Source of the DNA: Thermoanaerobaculia bacterium
Lineage (GTDB): Bacteria; Acidobacteriota; Thermoanaerobaculia; UBA5066; Gp7-AA6
Direction of reading: 5' to 3'
NCBI GenBank assembly: GCA_036395755.1
Contig: DASWCZ010000056.1
Coordinates: 12,074-76,073 of the forward strand
DNA length: 64,000 bases
Both the position numbers and the translations under genes were made by a program. Below are positions 20,091 through 27,192 of this stretch, one piece after another; position 1 is the first letter of the stretch, and every line of letters begins with the position of its first letter. The notes below the pieces were generated by a model. The model ran no database searches and had not been told where the DNA came from. It worked only from the letters and a program-made list of their open reading frames with translations.

Positions 20091-20884
20091 GGCGCTTTCC
20101 TTTCCGCAAGATTCAGCCGGGAGACGGAGTTGTTGCCCGAATCGATGACATACAGAATATCTCGCCGACGATCGAGAGCGAGGCCGGTCGGCTTCGCGAA
20201 CTTGCGGCCCTGGTCGTCCGCGCTCCACGTGCGCTCGACCGAGCCCGAAGAGTCGAACGCGCGGACCGCGCCGGTGGCGGGGTCAGCGGCATAGATCGTT
20301 TCGTCGCGGCCGATTTCGATGTGCGGTTCGACCGGTCCTTGCCATCCGGGCACGTCGAAGGCGCGCTGGAACTGGCCCGACGCGTCCAGGATCACGACCC
20401 GGTGATTCCCGACGTCGGCGACGTACACCGAGCCCGACGGGCCGACGGCGATCCCGACGGGACTCGAGAACTCTCCCGGGCCCGATCCCTTCTTTCCGAC
20501 GACCTGCCGGTTCTGCAGGACGGCGTCGTAAGTCACGAGCTGATGGTTCCCGGTGTCGGTCACCCAGACCTTTCCCTCCGCGGAAATCGCGACGCCGCGC
20601 GGCCCGTAGAGGCCCGCCGCCGAACCTTTCGGCTCACCGGCGAGAGTGAAGGACTGGAGACGGCCGTTCCAGGTATCGGCGATGTACAGGTCCTCTCCCC
20701 GGATCGCCACGGCGCAGGGCTCCCGCAGTCCGAAGGTGCCGCTGCCGCGGCCGCCCCATCCGCCGAGGTATCCGCCTCCTCCGTCGAAGATCCGCAGCCG
20801 CGAGTTGCCGAAGTCCGCGATCCAGATCCTGCCCTTTCCGTCCACGTCGCCGTCCCGGGGCTCCCGCATGCCGGAGAAGGGGGG
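19068..20884 (-). repeat. tandem duplication of a 798-nt NHL-domain coding module (19068..19865 and 20087..20884)
   Basis: My gapless hand alignment of the two 265-aa translations finds 153 of 265 positions identical. Long identical runs include WIADFGNSR, GEDLY.ADTWNGR, GPGEFSSPVGI.VGPSG.VYVAD and PTGLALD. Confidence 0.85.
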
Positions 20885-23800
20885 GCGTCCCTGCTCCGCC
20901 GTCTCCGCGATCGCGGGCGCCTCCTCTTGCTCGACGACCTCCGCGGCGCCCGCTGCCACCGGGACGTTCTCCTTCGCGGGCACGATGACGTCTTGCGAGT
21001 CGCCCCCGATGACCCGGTAGATCTTGACCTCCGGGTTCTCGTAAGCGCGCTCGAAGAGGTCCGTCGCGCGGTCGAACTTGCGCAGGCCTTCCGCGGGATA
21101 AGTCTTGCGCTCGAGCCAGCCGACGTAGACGTAACCGACGTGATATCGCCGCAGCAGGTGCTCGATGGGCGCGGCTTCCCGGCTGGAATAGATCCGCTCG
21201 ACCGCCTCGCGCCTCTCGACGACCTCCGTTTCTGGGTTGCCGCGCTGCTTGACGTGGTGCTCCCATCCGAGCACGGTCGGAAGCCCCGTCAGCATCGAGA
21301 TGCGGCTGAAGTCCTGGTACGGATCGCCGTGGGCTTCCAGGAGCACGGGCGTCCCCCGGATCGTCCGTCGAAGCCAGAGGACCGCGCGGTATTCACCGGG
21401 CCTCGTCTCCTCGAGGTATCGGAGCCCGTCGAGTGTGGGGCCCGAATACGCCGCGAAGTGGTTGCTGACCGCGCCGCGCGCGGCCGTGACGGTCGTGAAG
21501 AGAGCCGCGATGGCGAGGAGGAAGAGAACGGCGCGCGGAGGAAAACGCCAGCGCCCGTAGACGCCGCGTCGGTCCTTCGGCCGGAAGACGAGCGCGGCGG
21601 CCGCGACCGCGAAGAGGAGCCAGGCCTCCAGGTAGAGCTTGAAGATCGTGTTCATCCGGTCGGAGATGTAGACCTTCTGCGTGAAGAGGATCAGAAAGAA
21701 GGCAGCGGCGACGAAGCCGCAGGCGAGTCGCTCGTCCGGATCGGTCGCGCGGTCGGCGGCCGCGGCGAAAAAGAGCAGGACGCCCGCGCAGGCGAAGACT
21801 TCCACCGAGAGAAATCCGAGCAGGGCGAGCAGGCCGCCGACGGCCGCCACGAGGATGAGGCGCATTCGTCTCTCGAGGCCCTGCTCCGCCATCCGGTCGG
21901 AGACGAAGCCGAGCAGCCACGCAAACGCGAGGAAGAAGAAGAGACCGAACACGGTCACGACGTCGACGCCTTTCGCGCCGGGCTCCTGTTCCCAGCCGAA
22001 CCCCGGGCTTCCACCCCCGTGCACCCAGAGAGGAGCGGCGGTCGCCCAGGCGGCCGCCACGGTCGTGAGCACGCCCGGCGCCATTCGCGCGAGGTGCGCC
22101 GGCGCGAATCGGCCGGCGGAGGCAGTCACCAGGAAGACGATTCCGCACAGGCCGGCGAGTAGCGGCGCGTCCCACGCGTTCGTCAGGGCCTGCGCCGCGG
22201 CGGCGAAGCCCAGGATCGCGCCCGATGCGATCCGCGAGATCGGCCTCGCGGGCGGGCTGGAGTTCACGCGGACGAAGTGGAGGGCGGCGGCGCCGACGAG
22301 CAGAAAGAGCGGCATCGCGAGGACGTGCGCGTGCAGGTCCGCGAAGACGAGGCTCCAGAACGGGTACTCGTTGATGGTGTCCTTGATGATGCGGGAGGTC
22401 GCCCAGAAATAGTTCCAGTCGAGGGCTCGATGATTGAGCAGCCACTCGCGCAGGCCCGAGAGATTCCCGAGGACCACGGCCAGCCCTGCGCCGGCGACGC
22501 CGGCTCGCACCGTTCCCGTCCAGTTGCGCAGGAGGGTGAAGGAGCCCTGCAGCATCAGCCCGCCGAGCAGCCCGAAGGCGAGATTGAACGTGAAGCGGGT
22601 AGAGAGCCCGGTTAAGAGCGTCAGGAAAGCGATCATCTGCTGCCCGAACGCGTAGTAGCCGAGCGGAGCGCCGGCGAACCAGGGATCGGAGGCGGGGAGA
22701 GTCCGGGTCCGCACGAGGATGTTCAGGATCGAGAAGTCCATCGGCTTCTCTCCCCAGTAGATCTCGGGGTTGAACGCGCGGATGCCGAGGAAGAGGAGGA
22801 ACCCGAGAGCAAACGCCGCCTCGCCCGCGACCACGAGGCGCCGGCGCTCGCGGAAGAAGTCGATAATCAACCGCCGCCGCGCGAAGAAGAGGAGCGCAGA
22901 GGGAAGCGCCGCGAGCGCCAGACACGTCCACGCCGCCCCGCGTCCGTTGGATAGGATCCGAAGCTGGACGAGCACGGCGAAAAGGAAAGTCGTTCCGACG
23001 ATTCCCAGGATTCTGGAGACACCGGCGCCGCGGTCCGCCAGGCGCGGGAAGAACGCGTGCGCGAGAGGAAACGCGACCGCTCCCACCAGAAGGATCCCCA
23101 GGTACCACAGGATTGCGGCGCCGAAGGATCCGATCGCGATCTCCCGGGTTCCCGATCCCACCAATGTCTTGTCGAAGTCCGCGCGGTGGGGAGGGTAGAT
23201 CGGCGACGTCACGGTCCGCTTCGACCGCGGCCACTTCTCCCAGTCTCCGAGCGTCGGCGGCGTCTGCGGCATCGAGGCGAGAAGGATCTGCGTCACCCGC
23301 CCGGGGGAGAACTGTTTGTTCTTGCGGAAGAGGACGACCCGCGGATGGTCGTAAACCGTGAACTGCTCCTCGGCGCGGTCGTCCGGGACCTTCAACGGCC
23401 CGAGCGTCGGGTAGGAATTGAAGTCGGCGGCGAGGTCGAAGCCCAGCCGTCCCTCGAAGAGCGCGCTGTAGTAGGCGCGCGACATCGGAAAAACTGCGGG
23501 GATCCGGGTCAGGTTCACGTAGACGCGGTTGCTGGTGACCGCAATCCAGTCCGATTCCTTCAGGACCTTGACGACGTCTTCCACCTTTCTCGGCGAGTCC
23601 GGATCGAAGAGGGTCAGCTGCGGTCCGTTGTAGGCGCCCATGTCGTATCCCGGCAGAGGAAGCGGCAGGGCATCGTCCCAGGACTCGTTCGCGAAGCGCG
23701 CTGGCGGCGGCACGTTCTCGTAGATCCACTTCGCCGCGGCCACGCGGGGATGCGGACGGCGGTAGATCGACGTGAAAGCAAGGCCCCAGAGAAACGTTCC

Positions 23801-25018
23801 GGCGACCGCGATCGCCGGAAGGAAACGCAGGACCCGGGCGCTCTGACGGCGCGCGCTTCGCGCGCGCGCGGCGAGGTCGCCGAGGAACAGCGTGGCGAGC
23901 ACCGCGAGCGCGGGGTACGCCGGGTAGAAATAGCGGATCGACTTGACGATCGAGAGGCCGTGGTAGAGCAGGAGAAACACGGCGTGCGCCACGAGCGGCA
24001 CGAGAGCCCGCCGCGCCCCCTTTCTCGCGACGAGAACGGCCCAGCCGAGCGCGGCGAGCGCCGGGAGCGCGAAGAACGGTCCGGCGCCCCAGAAAACCAT
24101 GTTTCCGATCGGGAAAAGGATCGTGCGTCCCGCCCATTGGAACGCGGGCGGGAATCCGGAGACGCTCGAGGAGAGCTCCGCCAGCCGCTTCATGTCCGCC
24201 AGGTAGCGCGGATCCAGCCGGAAGGAGAAGAATCCCGAGCCGGCGAACGCGTAAGGCAGGCCGAAACGCACCGCGACCGCCGCCGCCGCCAGGCAGAGGG
24301 CGAAGCGGCCCGCCATCCCGGCGATCCGGGGGCCGGGACTCCTCTCCTCTCGCGGCGTGTCGCGTCGAAAAGCGCCGATCAGGAGTCCCAGGCCGACCGG
24401 CACGAAGAGCGCGAGCGCGGTCACTTTGCAGGAGGCCGCGAAGCCGAGGGCGACACCGGTCAGGACGACTTCCAGGGGGCGGGAACGACCCTGCGCGAGG
24501 TGGACCGCGCCTAAGAGCGTCGCGGTAGAGAAGGCGGTCAGGAACGTGTCGACCGCCCAGAAGTGCGAGAGCTGAAGTCCGAGCGGACAGAATGCCAGAA
24601 GGGCCGCCGCCGCGAGCGCCAGCCGGCGATCTTTGGAGAACCGCCGGGCGAGAAGGTAGGCGAGCCACACCGAGGCTAAGTCCGCGAAGGCGGAGAGCAC
24701 CCGGCCGACGAGATAGGCGCCGCCGTAGCCGCTCTTTCCGAGGAGGCCGGCGACGGCTTTCGTCACGAAGATTGGCAGAGTTCCGTAGACGAACGAGTCG
24801 TGGCCGCGGTTGTAGGGGTTGAGCGATGACCGCGCCGAATCGAAGTACGCGGCCGGGCTCTTCGGGAACACGAGCTTCTCCTCGACCATCGAGATGAAGC
24901 GCTCGTCCGGGTGGAGATGGTGCCCCGCGTCCCAGTCGAGACCGGAGAGACGCAGGACGGCCCCAGCGGCGATCAGGACGAAAAAGAGCTGGCGGGCGCG
25001 GTGCCGGCTCAGGCGCAA
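20087..25018 (-). CDS. 1643-aa three-module envelope protein: GT-C (PMT_2/ArnT-like) + DUF2298 ('YYY', TIGR03662-like) + NHL beta-propeller
   Basis: TTG start at 25018 (MRLSRHRARQLFFVLIAAGAVLRL). First periplasmic loop has HPDERF. The central region has DTINEYPFWSLVFADLHAHVLAMPLFLL, typical of DUF2298. The last 265 aa are NHL repeats. Coding bias is continuous and there are no internal stops. Confidence 0.85.
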   Translation of the reverse strand: MRLSRHRARQLFFVLIAAGAVLRLSGLDWDAGHHLHPDERFISMVEEKLVFPKSPAAYFDSARSSLNPYNRGHDSFVYGTLPIFVTKAVAGLLGKSGYGGAYLVGRVLSAFADLASVWLAYLLARRFSKDRRLALAAAALLAFCPLGLQLSHFWAVDTFLTAFSTATLLGAVHLAQGRSRPLEVVLTGVALGFAASCKVTALALFVPVGLGLLIGAFRRDTPREERSPGPRIAGMAGRFALCLAAAAVAVRFGLPYAFAGSGFFSFRLDPRYLADMKRLAELSSSVSGFPPAFQWAGRTILFPIGNMVFWGAGPFFALPALAALGWAVLVARKGARRALVPLVAHAVFLLLYHGLSIVKSIRYFYPAYPALAVLATLFLGDLAARARSARRQSARVLRFLPAIAVAGTFLWGLAFTSIYRRPHPRVAAAKWIYENVPPPARFANESWDDALPLPLPGYDMGAYNGPQLTLFDPDSPRKVEDVVKVLKESDWIAVTSNRVYVNLTRIPAVFPMSRAYYSALFEGRLGFDLAADFNSYPTLGPLKVPDDRAEEQFTVYDHPRVVLFRKNKQFSPGRVTQILLASMPQTPPTLGDWEKWPRSKRTVTSPIYPPHRADFDKTLVGSGTREIAIGSFGAAILWYLGILLVGAVAFPLAHAFFPRLADRGAGVSRILGIVGTTFLFAVLVQLRILSNGRGAAWTCLALAALPSALLFFARRRLIIDFFRERRRLVVAGEAAFALGFLLFLGIRAFNPEIYWGEKPMDFSILNILVRTRTLPASDPWFAGAPLGYYAFGQQMIAFLTLLTGLSTRFTFNLAFGLLGGLMLQGSFTLLRNWTGTVRAGVAGAGLAVVLGNLSGLREWLLNHRALDWNYFWATSRIIKDTINEYPFWSLVFADLHAHVLAMPLFLLVGAAALHFVRVNSSPPARPISRIASGAILGFAAAAQALTNAWDAPLLAGLCGIVFLVTASAGRFAPAHLARMAPGVLTTVAAAWATAAPLWVHGGGSPGFGWEQEPGAKGVDVVTVFGLFFFLAFAWLLGFVSDRMAEQGLERRMRLILVAAVGGLLALLGFLSVEVFACAGVLLFFAAAADRATDPDERLACGFVAAAFFLILFTQKVYISDRMNTIFKLYLEAWLLFAVAAAALVFRPKDRRGVYGRWRFPPRAVLFLLAIAALFTTVTAARGAVSNHFAAYSGPTLDGLRYLEETRPGEYRAVLWLRRTIRGTPVLLEAHGDPYQDFSRISMLTGLPTVLGWEHHVKQRGNPETEVVERREAVERIYSSREAAPIEHLLRRYHVGYVYVGWLERKTYPAEGLRKFDRATDLFERAYENPEVKIYRVIGGDSQDVIVPAKENVPVAAGAAEVVEQEEAPAIAETAEQGRPPFSGMREPRDGDVDGKGRIWIADFGNSRLRIFDGGGGYLGGWGGRGSGTFGLREPCAVAIRGEDLYIADTWNGRLQSFTLAGEPKGSAAGLYGPRGVAISAEGKVWVTDTGNHQLVTYDAVLQNRQVVGKKGSGPGEFSSPVGIAVGPSGSVYVADVGNHRVVILDASGQFQRAFDVPGWQGPVEPHIEIGRDETIYAADPATGAVRAFDSSGSVERTWSADDQGRKFAKPTGLALDRRRDILYVIDSGNNSVSRLNLAERKAP

Positions 25019-25157
25019 ACTGTCCCTTCACTCCGGGAGCGGATGTCCGAACCTCCTCTTCTCGAACGGATTCCCGGAGGACGGGCGTCGCCATTCGACC
25101 GTCGAGAACGGGCCGATTCTACAGGAGCGATGCGCGCGCGCCTTCGCGCGGTGGCCC

Positions 25158-25991
25158 TCACGCCGGCTTGCGCGCCTTCACGGAGAGGATCACGGCGCTC
25201 CGGCCCTCCTCGCGCGGGCGATTCCAGGAGTCGATCGCATTCAGCAGCGAGCGTGCGACGTGGAGCGGCCTCCAGGAGCGGCCCGGGGCGTCCCCATAAC
25301 GGAATCGGTCCGCTTGAGGCAGCACTCCCGATTCGACCAGCCGCATGCCGAGTCCGTACACCAGATTATGAGCGAACGGAAAACAGTGGTGCACGAACTG
25401 CCGGGGGTCCTCGGCGACGAGATCGGCTCGCCTGACGAGATCGATCAGCTTTTCGCGCGTGTAGAGACGCACGTGGTTCGTCCAGATTCCTCCGAAGAAT
25501 CCGCTGCGGATCGGCGCAAGTCCGAGACGTTCCAGCGACCAGTTGATCGGATCCCATAGGAACGGGTAGTCGTGATTGGGGACCGTGATCGCGATCGTTC
25601 CGCCCGGCCGGACGACGCGCTTGACCTCGAGCAGTCCCGGAAGATCTTCGGGAAGGTGCTCCAGGACTTCCGACAGGATGACCTTGTCGAACGCCCCGTC
25701 CGCGTAGGGGAGGCGGGTGACGCTGCCGGCCGCGAGCGACACGCGGGAAGAGATCTCGGCTCGCGCGCGGCGGAGCCTCGGCAGATCGTTGTCGATGCCG
25801 GTCAACCGGCAGGGCGCGAGCTCGTCGATGACCTTCAGGAACCACCCGAGACCGCAGCCGCAGTCGAGAACGCGCTCGCCCGGCCGGGGCTGGAGGTACT
25901 CGAGCACGATCCGCAGGCGGTGTTTGGCCGCCATGTCCGCTTCGTTCGCGAGCATCCGCTGGAGCTTCGCGGCATCGTCGGGCGTGCTCAC
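25158..25991 (-). CDS. class I SAM-dependent methyltransferase
   Basis: VLDCGCGLGW (motif I), FDKVILSEVLEHL and RVVRPGGTIAITVP. GTG at 25991 overlaps the GT4 stop as GTGA. The rest of the 702-aa ORF is Arg/Pro-rich artefact. Confidence 0.85.
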   Translation of the reverse strand: MSTPDDAAKLQRMLANEADMAAKHRLRIVLEYLQPRPGERVLDCGCGLGWFLKVIDELAPCRLTGIDNDLPRLRRARAEISSRVSLAAGSVTRLPYADGAFDKVILSEVLEHLPEDLPGLLEVKRVVRPGGTIAITVPNHDYPFLWDPINWSLERLGLAPIRSGFFGGIWTNHVRLYTREKLIDLVRRADLVAEDPRQFVHHCFPFAHNLVYGLGMRLVESGVLPQADRFRYGDAPGRSWRPLHVARSLLNAIDSWNRPREEGRSAVILSVKARKPA

Positions 25992-27145
25992 CACCGCGGT
26001 CGGAAGGCCCGCGCCGGAGAAGGCGTCTCCAGGCGCTCCAGCACGCCCTCGTACTCCGACACGCACCGTTTCGGGTCGAACAGGTCTTCGATTGCCTGGC
26101 GCGGCCGCACGTATTTTTCCCTTTCGTCGAGCACGGCGAGGATGCCGGCCGCCAGGGCCGCCGGGTCGGCCGGCTCGACCGTCAGTCCCATGCCGGTCTC
26201 GCGGACCGGGACCCGCGCGCCGGGGATGTCCGTCGCCACGACGGGCGTTCCGCACATCATCGCCTCCGGCTGCACCAGCGCAAGGCAGTCGGTCCGGCTC
26301 GGCAGGACGAAGACGTCGAGCATCGAGTAGAAATTCGCGAGCTTCTGCGGGTCGGAGACCAGCCCGAGCATCGTTACATGGGGCCGCACCTTCTCCAGGA
26401 GCGCCGCGCACCGCGAGAAGAAATCCTCGTACCCCATCCGGGTCTCTCCCGCGTAGACGAAGTGCGCGTCGGGCGCCTTCGCGAGAACATCGGGAATCGC
26501 CTGCAGGAGGTAGTCGAACCCCTTTTCCTCGACCCAGCGGCCCGCGAACCCCACCAGGCGCCGACCCGAGAGGTTGAGCTCCGCCTTCCACCGCGAGGAG
26601 TCTTCGGAGCGAGGCACCGGAATCACCACCGGCGGCAGGATCGCGTCGGTCTTCTGAAGGTACGGCTGGAGGAAAGGGGAATGGCTCGCGTAGTCGGTGC
26701 TGTACGCAACGATCCGGGTCGCCTGGGAGAGCGCGCGACGCATCAGGAAGGTCACCGCGCGCTCGACCGCTTGGTTGAGTAGTCCCGCCGGCATCGTCAG
26801 GTCGCCGTGGTGTGTCAGGACGACCGGCTTCTTCAGGAGGCGCCCGAACAGTGTGACGAGAGGAGCTTCCAGAATCGGGGTGTGGACCTGCACGACGTCG
26901 GCCCGGCGCATCTCGCGCCACAACGCCGCCGGAAACGACGGCATCACCACGCCCCGGCTCACGCGGCCCATGACCGGGAGGCGGACGACGCGGACACTCT
27001 CGATCGTTTCCTCGAGAGCGAGCTTCGGATCGTGACGGGAGGTCAGGACCGTCACGGAGTGGCCTCCGGCCGCGAGCCCTTCCGCCAGACGCTTCGCGTA
27101 CGCGGTCAGGCCCGTCCAGTGGGGGTGGTAGTACGTCAGGATCAT
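25988..27145 (-). CDS. GT4 glycosyltransferase
   Basis: MILTYYHPHWTGLTAYAKRLAEGLAAGGHSVTVLT and the E-x7-E region PSRTDCLALVQPEAMMCGTPVVATD. ATG at 27145. Confidence 0.88.
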   Translation of the reverse strand: MILTYYHPHWTGLTAYAKRLAEGLAAGGHSVTVLTSRHDPKLALEETIESVRVVRLPVMGRVSRGVVMPSFPAALWREMRRADVVQVHTPILEAPLVTLFGRLLKKPVVLTHHGDLTMPAGLLNQAVERAVTFLMRRALSQATRIVAYSTDYASHSPFLQPYLQKTDAILPPVVIPVPRSEDSSRWKAELNLSGRRLVGFAGRWVEEKGFDYLLQAIPDVLAKAPDAHFVYAGETRMGYEDFFSRCAALLEKVRPHVTMLGLVSDPQKLANFYSMLDVFVLPSRTDCLALVQPEAMMCGTPVVATDIPGARVPVRETGMGLTVEPADPAALAAGILAVLDEREKYVRPRQAIEDLFDPKRCVSEYEGVLERLETPSPARAFRPRW

Positions 27146-27192
27146 CAAGATCCGGCGGCGGGACGTCGCATCCCGCAGCGGGGCGGCAGCGC

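Noticed and set aside
19904-25094. Long ORFs 21393..25094 (-, 1233 aa) and 19904..22162 (+, 752 aa) overlapping the giant membrane-protein gene.
   Set aside because: They are low-complexity Arg/Gly/Pro-rich translations in alternative frames of a gene with strong coding signal and conserved motifs. They are GC artefacts.
25135-25150. cgcgcg-cctt-cgcgcg hairpin after the methyltransferase gene, as a terminator.
   Set aside because: The stem is only 6 bp and has no U-tract. Such GC palindromes arise by chance in this composition.
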